The notes below the pieces were generated by a model, which was given only the letters and a program-made list of their open reading frames with translations, had not been told where the DNA came from and searched no databases. A stretch of 64,000 nt of DNA from Takakia lepidozioides (lineage: Eukaryota; Plantae; Bryophyta). The DNA lies in the NCBI GenBank assembly GCA_030704615.1, contig CM060734.1, forward strand, positions 58,900,001-58,964,000. The letters run 5' to 3'. Shown here piece by piece: positions 10,848-23,894 of the stretch (position 1 is its first letter; each line of letters begins with the position of its first letter). A program made the translations under genes and the position numbers.

Positions 10848-13673
10848 TCACCCCCTCTTCTAGTGCCGAGTTCCTCGAGGAGCGGTAAAATCTTGGACTT
10901 GCTTAGAGTTGGATAACCTCCCTCCTTAGTCTATATCAGATACACTGAATGCGGAGTCTTCACCTTGAAGCTAACTTGGCTGACATCATCGTTGTGACGT
11001 CTTATTGACGTGTAGCTCGGAGCTTAGCTGGATATCGTTGATGAAACTCTTGGACTTTGTCAGATGCATTGACAAGGTTGGATGAAGGTTCCCACGTTCG
11101 TTCGCTGATGTCGTAGCATTTCCAATGTACGAAATATTCAAGACGTTTATACTTGATGCGAGAGTCTAGGACTTCGTCGACTTCATATTCGATTTCCTTA
11201 TTGACTTCGATTGGTGGAGGTAGTACAGAAACTCTCCCTGGAATATTCGATGGATGATACAACTCCAATAATGAAACATGAAATACTGGATGGATGCACA
11301 TACTTCGTGGGAGTTCAAGCCGAAAACTGACCGGATTTATTTGTCGCATAATAGACATTTTTCCAACTTGGCATATAGTCCTCTTTCTCTTAATTTATCA
11401 AGGACAAGGCGTACATGGCGGCCATGTTCTACTTCATTCAGTGAAAATATCAAAATGTCGTCCAAATAGATAACTACAAAGTCATCTAAAAATTCTCGAA
11501 AGATGTCATTCATCATATGTTGGAAAATTGTTGGAGCATTTGTAAGACCGAAAGACATAACACTATATTCAAAATATCCATACCTTGTTCAAAAAGTTGT
11601 TTTCCATTTGTCTCATTCTTTTATCCGTACAAGGTTATAAGCTCATCTCAAGTCAATTTTGGTGAAAATCTTCACTCGTCCCAGTTGGTCGAGAAGCCCA
11701 GAAATCAGCGGCAACGGATAACGATTCTTAATTGTGACTTTGTTGAGATCACGATAGTCCACACACATGCATAATGATCCGTCCTTCTTTTTCACAAACA
11801 AGATAGGCGCCCCCGCAGGTGATTTTGAATGTCGGATGAAGTTCTTCGACAAATTTTCATCAATATACTCACGTAATGCAGCCAACTCCGTCTGGGATAA
11901 GTTATAGATTGGGCCGAATGGTGGTTGGGCTCATTTTTGTAACTCAATTGCACAGTCATAAGGTCGATGTTCTGGCAATATGTCTGCATTTTTCTTCTCG
12001 AAGACATCATTGAAATCATGATATTGAGTAGGTAATGTCGAAGTACATTTGTTTGTTGTGGTCTTGATCAGAGTCGCATAAAGTACAAATATCGCATCTT
12101 TTTTGGTAGCTCTCATGAAAGCTCTAGCTCTAAGGAACAGGGGTTGAATACCTTTGATATTTCTACATTTTTGTCTTACATAAATTTTTCGCGATTGTCA
12201 GTCGATGTCAGGATTGTAAAGTATGAACCAGGGAAGTCCAAATATCACAAGATTAGTTGGAGACTGGATGATGTTGAAAAAAATATGTGATGTTTGATCT
12301 TCAAGCTTCACTTCAAGTGGTCGAGTTTCATGGTCAACATTTCCTGATGTTAACGGTCGTCCATCGATGACTTCAACGGGGGCCGAAAGTTTCTTCTTTA
12401 CGAGCGTTAAATTGTGTTGTTTCACAAAGTTTTTGTCAATAAAACATGTTGAAGCCCCTGAGTCCAAAAGTGCTTCTACAGAGATATCTCGATTCTGCAC
12501 TCTGATTTTTACCGGAACCGTGAAGCAAGGTGCAGGGTCTGGAGGTAGAAAGAGACCTTTTTTTTTTGAGGAATTTGTGGTGTCCAGCCGCATGGTCCCT
12601 ACAATGACTAGACATCTTTGTTTTCCGACCTCCTCGTATCGAACACTTGAGTTGCGCCCCGAGTTTTGATCTTCTCTTGTTGGGACAGTTTAATGCTATT
12701 TGATCTTTTTCTCCACAATAGAGGCATAATCCATTCGAGCGTCGTCTTTGTTTTTCTTGTGACGTCAATGGCTTGAATCGGACAACATCAATCTGCATAG
12801 GATCACTACCGGATGTCTGATGGATCGTTGTATTTGGTGCCGTAGTAGCAGCGGCATGATGCGTTGTCGACCATCCAGATCGCTTCTCTTGACGTCTTAC
12901 GATTATCGCATGCAATGACTTGGGTGATGAATTCGCTCAGTGTGCTCACGTTTGGCATTGTCAGCAACAAATCTTTTACATTCTCTTTTAGCCCACATCG
13001 AAACTGACTAATAACGCTCTTCTCATTTCAGTCGAGGTCGCACGCAAGTTGTCGAAATTCGGTAGTATAAACGGAAGCAAGACGTGCTCCTTATCGAAGA
13101 TTTCGCATATTTGTCTCTGCAACTCTCTCTCTATCATTTTCTCCAAACGTTGCAGTGAACTCAGACATGAATGCTTCAAAATTGTATAGTAAATGCAAAA
13201 AAAATTCTAATATCAGTGCAAACCAAGATAGGGCAGTGCCTGATAGAATGGTGCCCACAAATCCTACTTGAATACCTTCATCGGGGTAGTGTTGTGGATG
13301 TAGTCGTAGGAACAGTCGTATTTGTTGAACAAAACCGCGAAATCTTGATCTCGTCCCATCAAATTTCTCGGGCATGCTGATCTTTGGTTTTCTCGTAATC
13401 TGTTGAAGATGAATCGTTGCAGTACGAGCTGTTGCAGTACAAACTCGTATGGTTGAAGATCCATTGTTCGACTCTTTTAAATTTGTTGTTGCAAATTGTG
13501 GAGAGCGTTGCTAAGATCTTGAGACTGATCAGCTTGTAATTGGGCGGTAGAGGTACGAAGTTCTTGCATCTAGAGCTGAAGACTCTGCAATGTGGCGACC
13601 ATTTCCGCAAATGTGCATTCCATCTTAACTAACTAAAGAACAAACTAAAGAACAAACTTTAGTCTCGTCAAAC

Positions 13674-14186
13674 TGTTAAGGACGAGAACATGACTGAACA
13701 CAAACATGAGATCAGACTAGAAGTACAAGACTAGACAAGAAGTCAAGGTCGGCGTGGCTGAATGCTTGGTGGGTAAACATGAATCAAGATGATCTTTATA
13801 ACAATGGACAAGATACAAGATACTAGAACTCGACTAGAATACTAGAATACTGGAAGCTGGACTGGAGTATTGGGACTGGGAACAAGAGTAGCTTGAACTT
13901 GTGTTGGCGAGACTGAAGAGTGTCCAGTCTCGCCTCATATATATACTGGCTACTAGGAGGTTCCCTAAGAGGCTTCCCAAAATGAGGTTTCTTGATGGAG
14001 AAATTTCCTCCAAATGAAGCTTCCTGAGCAGTTTCTCAAGTTACTCTCGGTAATTTGGTAAACTCCCGGTAACTTGGTAACTAATGATAACTTATAATAA
14101 ATTATGATAAATTATGGTAGATCATGGTAACTTGGTAACTTCTGGTATTTACTCCTGGTAAGTTCTTCTGGGCTATGTCCGTGACC
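13674..14186 (-). repeat. 5' LTR of inner chromovirus
   Basis: Direct repeat of 10330-10847; TATATATA at 13938-13945; terminal base mutated. Confidence 0.9.
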
Positions 14187-15175
14187 GCGACCATCAAGGA
14201 AGTTGGATTATCAACGTCTGGGACCATTCAAAATTATTCGACAAATAAATCCGGTCAATTTTCGACTTGAAGTCTCACGAAGTATGCGCATCCATCCAGT
14301 CTTTCATGTTTCATTATTGGAGTTGTATCATCCATCGAATATTCCAAGGAGAGTCTCCGTACCACCTCCACCAATCGAAGTCAATCGATAAATCGAGTAT
14401 AAAGTCGACGAAGTCCTAGACTCTCGCATCAAGTATAAACGTTTTGAGTATTTCGTACATTGGAAAGGCTACGATATCCGCGAACGAATGTGAGAACCTT
14501 CATCTAACCTCGCCAATGCATCTGACAAAGTCCAAGAGTTTCATCAACGATATCCAACTAACCCCCAACTACACATCAATAAAACATCACAACGATGATA
14601 TCAGCCAAATTAGCTTCAAGATGAAGACTCCACATTCAGTGTACCTGATACACGCTAAGGACGGAAGAGCACCACACATCAGTATATATAGCTACACTTC
14701 CAGCACTCTTGCATCTTGTATTGGCAGCATGGAGTCACAGGAACCAGATACATTGAAGCTGTCGCGTAGCCAACTACCAGATCAACCGTTCTGACTCTCA
14801 CGACCTTCAACATCACGTCAACGCTCTCGAGACGATGGGCCACCAATGCAACGCATACTTCCTCGTCTGGACCCAATACAACGGCAAGTGGAGGGTACTC
14901 GAAGTTTAATAATCATGTTGGAGGTTGAGGCTTCGGACCCAGAAGGCAACGAAATCATCAGTTTCGAAAATCAGAATGCTCAAATCAGTGCGTGATCCCA
15001 ATTTCAAGGTGTTGGACACTATCGATGATTGCAGGGACCTATAAATCATTTGAGTCAAGAACGAAGAGCCGAATACTTGGCAAATATCATTCGCCGGATT
15101 TTGGATTTTCTTCAACTTTAAGCAAGTCCAAGATTTTACCACTCCTCAAGGAACTCAGCGCTAGAGGAGGGGTGA

Positions 15176-15815
15176 TGTCACGGACATAGCCTAGAGGAAC
15201 TTACCAGGAGTAAATATCAGAAGTTACCAAATTATCATGTTATCATGATTTATCGTGATTTACTATGATCAACCATGAGTTACCATTAGTTACCAAGTTA
15301 CCGAGAGTTTACCAATTTACCAAGAGTAACTTGGGAAACTGCTCAGGAAACTTCATTTGAAAGAAACTTCTTCATCAAGATACCTTCTTTGTTTAAGGAA
15401 ATTTCTTCATCAAGAAACCTTTGTTTAACCTTGGAAACTCGATCAAGAAACCTCCATTGGGGAAGCTTCTTAAGGAACTTCCTAGTAGCCAGTATATATA
15501 GGAGACGAGACTGGATACTCTTCAGTTTCGCCAACACAAGTTCAAGCTACTCTTGTTTCCAGTTCCAGTACTCCAGTTCAGCTTCGAGTACTCTAGCCCA
15601 GTTTCCAGTATCTGGCACTCTAGTACAGTTTCCAGCATTCCAGTATTCAAGTCGAGTTCCAGTATCTTGTACTCTTGTCAATTGTTATAAAGATCATCTT
15701 GATTCATGTTTATCCATCATGTATTCGGCCACGCCGACCTTGACTTCTTGTCTAGTCTTGTACCTTTAGTATGATATCTTGTTTACAGTGTGCAGTCATG
15801 TTCTCGTCCTTGACA
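15176..15815 (+). repeat. 3' LTR of outer chromovirus (longer, with internal short-repeat expansions)
   Basis: tgtcacggac...ccttgaca, preceded by PPT; reverse complement of the inner LTRs. Confidence 0.9.
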
Positions 15816-15839
15816 AATATGACCAATAATATCTTCGTT

Positions 15840-17530
15840 ACAGGGGCAATGTCTCCCTCAATGTCTCAAGGGGTCATTACACTCCTCTACAAAAAAAAAA
15901 ATCGGACCAATATCTCTAACTACAGGCCAATCACTCTGTTGAATGTCGCCTACAAAATTATCGCAAAGGCCTTGGCGCTCAGGTGCAACCTCTTCTCCCT
16001 ACTCTACCATTGCTCTCTCGTCCCCATTGAAAGCGGCACACTGGAGGCCTTCGATCAGGTGGATCGCTCAGGGTTTTAAACTCAAATCTGTGGGCTCAAA
16101 GCTTTGGACAAACATATGGTTAGCTTGGGGGAAATTTCGACAATTCTTGATTAAGACAGCCCTAGCCTCCTACTATGAGACACTGCGGCAACATTTGTTC
16201 ATCAATACCAACAAATCATCTCCCTCGGGAAAAAACCATGCAAAGCGCTGGTCCGCTTGGGATCATCTGGGAGTCAGTCAAATCCATAATATCTGGAGCC
16301 AAACTGAATTCAAACCCTCTGGGCTCCTACCCCCGGCCATTGGATCTGCTAGGATGGCTAAGGGATACCAGGACATCATTCAATCCATTCCTCCTCTCTG
16401 GCTACAGACCCTCCGAGCGGGCCCTACAGATCCACCTTTCCCTTACTGGGCTTTAGTGATTCTCCATAACCGCCTCTCTATCCTTTTTGTCATTGACTCC
16501 AATCCTTCTCATCATTCAGTCTTTGCCTTCAATATTGATCCCATTACACTGATCATTTCTCTCGCTTCCTTATCTGCCCTTGACATCCCAAACTCACCCT
16601 CAACCCCAGTAAGGATCTGTGGTTGGTCAATCCCTGGAAGGCCTATGGACCCCAAACCCGACCTTTTGTCCCCCTTACTGAGCTGGCTTTCAAGGAATAC
16701 CTTCGTTTGGATCTTGGGGCGTCCGCTAGCAGAGATGGATCTTGACCCAATGGAATGGTCTTGGAAGTTTAAGAGCCATTCTTCAGCTATACCACTAAGA
16801 AAGGTTACAGGGCTCTCTCCAACTTCCAATGCTTGAAAGTGAAGTGGGAAGCCAGATGGGAACTATATGGCTTTCGTAATGAGAATTGGACTGTCATCTG
16901 GAACTCAGTGTGGATCAAAACACGCCCTGCAAAAATAGCTGCATTCCTTTGGCAGATTGTTAACTGGGTGCTAAAAGTGGGGGAGTGGCTTCAGTTCCAG
17001 GCAGCCCTTCTTTGCAGTTGTTGCTCAGCAAACATTATGGAGTCCCTTGAGCACTGCCTGCTCTTCTGTCATGCACCTGCCAGGGTCTGGCCTCTAGTGA
17101 AACATTTCTATTCCACTGGAACACCAAAACGCTTCTATCTCTTGATCTCTTTCTCAACTATGATCAGCAATCAAAGAAAAGAGCCATAGACTGCCCTGTC
17201 TTTGAGACCCTTCGCAGCTCAGTCCTCTGGCACCTTTGGAAAGCTCGCTGTAAGAAATCCTTCTCGGGGGAGACAACCACTATCTCTTCTCTGCTTTCAA
17301 AAGTTTTCTATGATCTAGGAGTGGAGTCAAGGAAAGCTTGGTCTAAAACCTGTGCAGATATCGAACGGAATTCAGGAAGCGCGACAGCCATCCATGCTAA
17401 CTTTTAGGCCACCTGGGGCAAACACGGCCTTATCTGTTTCTCCCATGAGCATGACACTTGCACCTGGGCCAAACTCCCCCCTTCGTGCTGGCGAGATCAC
17501 CGGGCTACACTCCATAGTGTCCCCTGAGTT
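15840..17530 (+). mobile_element. Degenerate L1-type LINE ORF2 fragment with most of the RT deleted
   Basis: GVITLLYKK..NYRPITLLNVAYKIIAKALA (RT start); IWNSVW..KIAAFLWQ..CSCC..ESLEHCLLFC (RT-associated zinc-binding region); VLWHLWKARC. Confidence 0.8.
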
Positions 17531-18029
17531 TGAACGGGATATCAATTGGAAACATCTTAAGCCATCCTCAATGAGCAGGCTCCATTATCGCTAGGATGGT
17601 AGTATACGTTGTCTAAAGCTTCTCTAGGAAGGATCGTCATCAGGTTCTCGTGATATGCGCTCAGTACTCTATGTCCCCACATGCTTCTTCCTCTTACGCT
17701 TCTTGTTATATGAGCCCAGCTGATTAATAGGCCTAGGTCTCTTCAATTAACTTAAGTCCTTTCGAGTTGTTTTTGCTTTTACAACCTTGATGATTGTCTA
17801 CTAGTTTGCTACGGATTCTTGATCAGTCTCTCGGCATGAGAGGATAGGTTCTCGTTTCACCAAAATCGGTGTGTGTGCCTTATGGCGTAATCGGGGTTTT
17901 AATTTTTTTCCCCACAATAAACTCTGAATAAAGCTCCCAGGGTATCCCCATGTTTTTTTTTTTTTTTTTTTTTTCCTTAAAATCCAGCCAGTGTCCAAAA
18001 ACAGCTTCAGTACAAGTACGACAACATAA

Positions 18030-18815
18030 CCTCATATCTATGACCAAATTATGGGGGAAAGGCTGATGCCAGACCAGGTCAAGTTCAACTGTGTTCTCAA
18101 TCCCGTGTACAAGCCTGGGTCCCCTGGAAACAGGTAAAGAGGTCCATGCTGCCATCAGCGAAACTGGAGTTGCAACAGATTATATCATTCTGCTTATTGA
18201 CATGTATGCCAAATGTGGTAGCATGAAGAATGCGTCTCAAGTGTTTTGTAGTATGGCTGAACGGGATGTGATCTCATGGAGTGCAAAGATCGCAGGTTGT
18301 GACCAGCATGGCTATGCTAGGGAGGCTGTGCGAGATGCAACAGGAAGGCTTGAAGCCGAACGGTATCACCTTCATATGCCTATTCTCGGCATGTAGCCAT
18401 ATGGGCCTAGTGGATGAAGGCCTCACTACTTTGAGTCAATGAGTTACAATCATGGCCTTACTCCTACAGTTGAGCATTTTGGCTGCATGTGCGGACCTTC
18501 TCGGCCGGCAGACCGGGTGGTGAGGCAGAGGAGTTCATTAACAAAATGCCAATCAAACCAGGTTCTGCAGTGTGGATGGCCTTGCTTGGTGCCTGCAAAA
18601 TTCATGGTGATGTGGAGGTTGCAGAACGTGCGGTAAAAAGAATTCTGAAGAGTGATCCATAGGATGCTGCAGCTTTTGTGCTGCTCTCGCACATCTATGC
18701 TGCAGCAGGCAGGTGGGACAATAAATCAGAGGTGAGAAAAATGATGGAGCGAAGAGGTAGTGGGAAGGAGCTAGGGTGCAGCTGCATTGAGGTTCATGAC
18801 TGGGTGCGAACATCA
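18030..18815 (+). pseudogene. Degraded PLS-E class PPR gene fragment (more distant paralog)
   Basis: LIDMYAKCGS..VFCSMAERDVISWS, HGLTPTVEHFGCM, LGACKIHGDVEVAERA, VLLSHIYAAAGRWD and a PG-box-like GCSCIEV; multiple frameshifts and stops. Confidence 0.85.
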
Positions 18816-19478
18816 ACTGGCGTCATAAAATAAACGCATCTCCAAATCCCAAGTCCAGCTCGACTTCGGGCTCTGATCTCCGTTCTGCTATCTGCTCGTC
18901 CTAAGCCTGATGTTGCTTAGTGCCTCTTCTTTCTACTCCCGGCCTTCTGTAGCTTTGTGCCTTAGTGCTTCGTGCATTAGTGCCATTGTTTCCTAGACCG
19001 ACCTTGTGTTGATTAGTCTCTTTTATCTCCATATTGGCCTTTGATTGGTTTGTTCCCGCTTTTCCCCCCATTTTCTCTTGGTTCTGGGTGTTCCAGTGCG
19101 TCACACTACGGGGCCTTCAGAGACCCCAAACACGACATCATTTGCAGCAGCTCTTCGCAGGACCACTGTGAATGGAACAACACCCCTCCAGACTGTTGGA
19201 GGAACCTCCACTCGACCATCCACTCTATCACCAGAGTTTGAGCGTGAAGCAACTGAAAACAGGTTAAGACATCCTCCAAGCTCCCGAGGATTAATTTTAG
19301 ATGACTCTTTCTTCGCTTCTTCCCTCTTCGTCCTCGCAGGGCGAGGTCTGAGGCACTCTGAATCTTCCCCCAGATTCAGCTAGGATCTAGATAATTCTCA
19401 TGCAGGCTAATGTTCTCTTGGTTCTGTCTTCTTAGACACTCCCTTTAGGGGGTTGGAATCATTCCTTCAGTGGTTCGT

Positions 19479-19612
19479 TTGTCACGCAGTGGAATGCAGT
19501 GACGCAGCGGGTGAGTTCACGAGTTCATCTCGAAATCCATGACCACCTTAGAATTGAACGCAATTTCGCAAGCTCTTGCACCGGTTACTGTAATGAACTG
19601 TCATTGAAGATT
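19479..19612 (+). repeat. Inverted, diverged copy of the exon1/intron1 junction of the haloperoxidase-like gene
   Basis: Aligns by eye with the reverse complement of 5517-5654 (VTQWNAVTQR|gtgagt...gaactgtcattgaagatt). Confidence 0.85.
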
Positions 19613-19752
19613 GCCGGGTTGGTTCTGGCATACCCTTACCTATACCTTTGCACATACCCCGCCCGACTGGGCACCTACCAGTACCAGGAGATGGTGGATG
19701 ATCTGAGTAGCTACTGAAGCAAGACACTTCCATCTTTACAAGAAAACATCCT

Positions 19753-22700
19753 TTAGTAATCCCCACAAGAACAAATCCCATCTTCAAAGTGGTGAAAGCG
19801 GTTAGCGTCCCGTACAACAATTGCTCGGCCAACAATCTTTGAGATGAATTTGGTGGAGGTGTGGCAGTCACCACACACTCTAAGATTCTTGATGAGACGG
19901 AGAGGCGTCCTAGGGGTCGTGCTGATCAGCCCAAAACCAATGGCCAGCTTCTCACTGTGGTGGCAAAGAGAAAATTCCTTTTCCTCCTCCCCCACATCAT
20001 GCACAAAGCGCGTGTCAGGCACATACCCCGTCTCCTTCATCTGCCCAGACAATCTTCTCAGCTCAGCATGGATTTCCTTAATTCTGGGATGCAACTTGTC
20101 ATCTACAACAAAGGTGTGCACCCTGTTGCCAACCTCAATGCAGCAGCGACCTGGCTCCTTTCTAACCCCTCTGACCTTCATCATTCTTCTCACCTTTGCA
20201 GTATCATCCCACCTGCCAGCTGCAGCATAGATGTTTGAGAGCAACACATAAGTCGCGGCATCCTATTCATCCCACGTGAGGACAGATGTTGCCGCACGTT
20301 CAGCCATCTCCACATTGCCATGGATTCTGCAGGCACCAAGCAAGGCCTTCCACACCACAGCATCTGGATTGATTGGCATTTTATTAATCAGGTCCACCGC
20401 CTCATCCAGTTGTCCCGCACGTCCAAGAAGGTCCACCATGCAGCCAAAGTGCTTTACTGTTGGAGTGACACCATGATCTTGACTCAGGGAAGCAAAGTGG
20501 CGTCTTCCTTCATTCAGTAGGCCAGCGTGGCTGCATGCTGAGAGAACAGAAACAAAGGTGATACTGTCCGGCTTCATGCCGTTCTTTTGCATTCCTTCAA
20601 ACAGTTGCACGACCTCCCTATGACAACCATGCTGTGCATATCCTGAGATCATCGCGTTCCACGACACCACATTTCGTTCAGCCATATTGTCGAACACTGC
20701 CTTTGCATCCTCGATGCACCCACATTTCGCATACATGTCCACGAGGGTATTGTTCAGAATCACATCTGGTACAATTCCAGCTTTGGCGATGCAACCATGC
20801 ATCTCTTTGCCCTTTTCCAGGGCTGCCAGGCTTGCACACGCACTGCAAACGCACACAAACGTGATGTGGTCGGGCTTCACCCCTTCCCCCATCATTTCCT
20901 CATAGGTCTCCAAAGCCTCCATTCCGCGCCCCTGCTGTGCATATCCTGTGATCATCGCGTTCCACGACACCACATTTCGTTCAGCCATATTGTCGAACAC
21001 TCCTTTTGCATCCTCGATGCACCCACATTTGGCATACATGTCCACGAGGGTATTGTTCAGAATCACATCTGGTACAATTCCAGCTTTGGCGATGCAACCA
21101 TGCACCTCTCTGCCCTCTTCCAGGGCTGCCAGGCTTGCACATGCACTGCAAACGCACACAAACGTGATGTGGTCAGGCTTCACCCCTTCCCCATCATTTC
21201 CTCATAGGTCTCCAAAGCCTCCTTCCCGCGCCCCTGCTGTGCATATCCTGCAATCATCGCGTTCCACGACACCACATTTCGTTCAGCCATATTGTCGAAC
21301 ACTCCCTTTGCATCCTCGATGCACCCACATTTGGCATACATGTCCACCAGGGTATTGTTCAGAATCACATCTGGTACAATTCCAGCTTTGGCGATGCAAC
21401 CATGCACCTCTTTGCCCTTTTCCAGGGCTGCCAGGCTTGCACACGCACTGCAAACGCACACAAACGTGATGTGGTCCGGCTTCACCCCTTCCCCCATCAT
21501 TTGCTCATAAGTCTCCAAAGCCTCCATCCCGCGCCCCTGCTGTGCATACCCTGCGATCATCGCGTTCCACGACACCACATTTCGTTCAGCCATATTGTCG
21601 AACACTTCTTTTGCATCCTGGATGCACCCACATTTGGCATACATGTCCATGAGGGTGTTGTTCAGGATGACATTTGGTACAATTCCAGCTTTGGCGATGC
21701 AACCATGCATCTCTTTGCCCTTTTCCAGGACTCCCAGGCTTGCACACGCACTGCAAACGCACACAAACGTGACGTGGTCGGGCTTCACCCCTTCCACCAT
21801 CATTTGCTCATATGTCTCCAAAGCCTCCATCCCGCGCCCCTGCTGTGCATACCCTGTGATCATCGCGTTCCACGACACCACATTTCGTTCAGCCATATTG
21901 TCAAACACTCCTTTTGCATCCTGGATGCACCCACATTTGGCATACATGTCCACGAGGGTATTGTTCAGCATCACATCTGGTACAATTCCAGCTTTGGCAA
22001 TGCAACCATGCAACTCTTTGCCCTTTTCCAGGACTCCCAGGCTTGCACACGCACTGCAAACGCACACAAACGTGATGTGGTCCGGCTTCACCCCCTCCCC
22101 CATCATTTCCTCATAGGTCTCCAAAGCCTCCTTCCCGCGCCCCTGCTGTGCATATCCTGTGATCATCGCGTTCCACGACACCACAGTTCGTTCAGCCATA
22201 TTGTCGAACACTCCCTTTGCATCCTCGATGCACCCACATTTTGCATACATGTCCACCAGGGTATTGTTCAGAATCACATCTGGTACAATTCCAGCTTTGG
22301 CGATGCAACCATGCACCTCTTTGCCCTTTTCCAGGGCTGCTAGGCTTGCACACGCACTGCAAACGCACACAAACGTGATGTGGTCCGGCTTCACCCCTTC
22401 CCCCATCATTTCCTCATAGGTCTCCAAAGCCTCCTTCCCGCGCCCCTGCTGTGCATACCCTGCGATCATCGCGTTCCACGACACCACATTTCGTTCAGCC
22501 ATATTCACGAACACTCCTTTTGCATCCTCGATGCACCCACATTTCGCATACATGTCCACGAGGGTGTTGTTCAGGATCACATCTGGTACAATTCCAGCTT
22601 TGGCGATGCAACCATGCACCTCTTTGCCCTTTTCCAGGGCTGCCAGGCTTGCACACGCACTGCAAACGCACACAAACGTGATGTGGTCGGGCTTCACCCC

Positions 22701-23894
22701 TTCCCCCATCATTTGCTCATAGGTCTCCAAAGCCTCCATCCCGCGTCCCTGCTGTGCATACCCTGCGATCATCGCGTTCCACGACACCACATTTCGTTCA
22801 GCCATATTCACGAACACTCCCTTTGCATCCTCGATGCACCCACATTTCGCATACATGTCCACCAGGGCTGTGTTCAGGATGACATCTGGTACGATTCCAG
22901 TTTTGGCAATGCAACCATGCACCTCTTTGCCCTTTTCCAGGGCTGCCAGGCTTGCACACACATTGCAAACGCACACAAACGTGATGTGGTCGGGCTTCAC
23001 CCCTTCCCTCATCATTTGCTCATAGGTCTCCAAAGCCTCCATCCCGCACCCCTGCTGTGCATACCCTGCGATCATCGCGTTCCACGACACCACATTTCGT
23101 TCAGCCATATTGTCAAACACTCCCTTTGCATCCTTGATGCACCCACATTTCGCATACATGTCCACCAGGGCAGTGTTCAGGATGACATTTGGTACAATTC
23201 CAGCTTTGGCGATGTCGCCATGGACCTCTTTGCCCTTTTCCAGGGCTCCCAGGCTTGCACACGCATTGCAAACGCACACAAACGTGATCTGGTTGGGCTT
23301 CACCCATTCACGCACCATTTGCTCATAGGTCTCCAAAGCATTCCTACCACACCCATGCTTGGTAAATCCTGCCAACATTATATTCCACGTGATCAAAGAT
23401 CGTTGAGGCATTCTGTTGAACACTTGGTGAGCATCCATGATGCTCCCGCACTTAACATACATGTTGACAAGGGTGTTGAGTAGAAAAACATTTGGCGTGA
23501 ATCCACTTTGGATAATGTGAGTGTGCACCTGCTTTCCAGCTTCCAGGCCTTTCAACTTGATGCACTTATGCAAGAGACAGACATACGTATCTGAATCTGC
23601 TGAAATGCCTCCTTGGTTTAAAGCCTGTAGAGCCTCTTTCAGTCTGCCTGCCTCACAAAGCATCTTCACATGCCCAGGAGTGCCAGAAGAGGCATTGGGG
23701 AGTCGCTCTCTTGATCCTCTTCCAGAAGCCGTGGTCATGGTTGAGGTGCCTGATTTTATCAACTGTGCCGCTGCAGCTGCTGCCTTTAGTTGACCATCTA
23801 CCCATGCAGGTTTCTTGTAGCTATTGATGCACAGGGAATCATAGGTAATCTTGTGCTTGAAATCTGGCCCTCTTGGACGAATCTGGACACACAC
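19753..23894 (-). pseudogene. PLS-E1-E2-DYW PPR RNA-editing factor pseudogene with expanded PLS array
   Basis: ORFs 21180-23894, 20263-21183 and 19753-20247 are collinear with the 27682-30315 protein. Lesions: 1-nt deletion at about 21190, CAG>TAG at 20263-20265, one-codon deletion (RFVHDV), and a 4-nt deletion removing the terminal Trp (GDY*). Confidence 0.93.
20680..23110 (-). repeat. Tandem 303-bp PLS-triplet repeats (8 QQG-type units)
   Basis: 101-aa period (P 35 + L 35 + S 31), near-identical at the DNA level. Confidence 0.95.

Larger units (their letters stand above)
10330..14186 (-). mobile_element. Inner Ty3/gypsy chromovirus (same family), internally deleted, with both LTRs and 5-bp TSD GCGAC
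   Basis: LTRs at 10330-10847 and 13674-14186; TSD gcgac at 10325-10329 and 14187-14191. Contains gag (PEKFDG, PMQID, CLYCG knuckle), protease ALLDSGAS and [11 protein letters not shown], then a deletion at about 11345 joins directly to the chromodomain region (EYEVDEVLDSR...TWEP). PPT at 10848-10860. Many stops and frameshifts. Confidence 0.92.
9381..15815 (+). mobile_element. Outer Ty3/gypsy chromovirus copy, 5'-truncated (integrase, chromodomain, PPT, 3' LTR), split by a nested copy
   Basis: Integrase HHCC and core (WSSVFMDFITDLP, PQTDGQTERVNQ) at 9381-10329 resumes at 14187 ([14 protein letters not shown], chromodomain with stops). PPT gaggaggggtga precedes LTR 15176-15815 (TG..CA). Confidence 0.88.

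Noticed and set aside
18900-19470. Possible LINE 5' end/ORF1 start (SFAAALR...)
   Set aside because: Only a vague resemblance and no diagnostic motif.
20263-20265. Premature TAG in the minus PPR copy as a site repaired by U-to-C editing
   Set aside because: This is a nuclear gene, and it also has a frameshift and has lost the terminal Trp; ordinary pseudogenisation is simpler.
21402-23483. Long His-rich ORFs opposite the PPR array (also 28093-29457)
   Set aside because: Antisense shadows of the 303-bp repeat; a stop-free unit is simply repeated.
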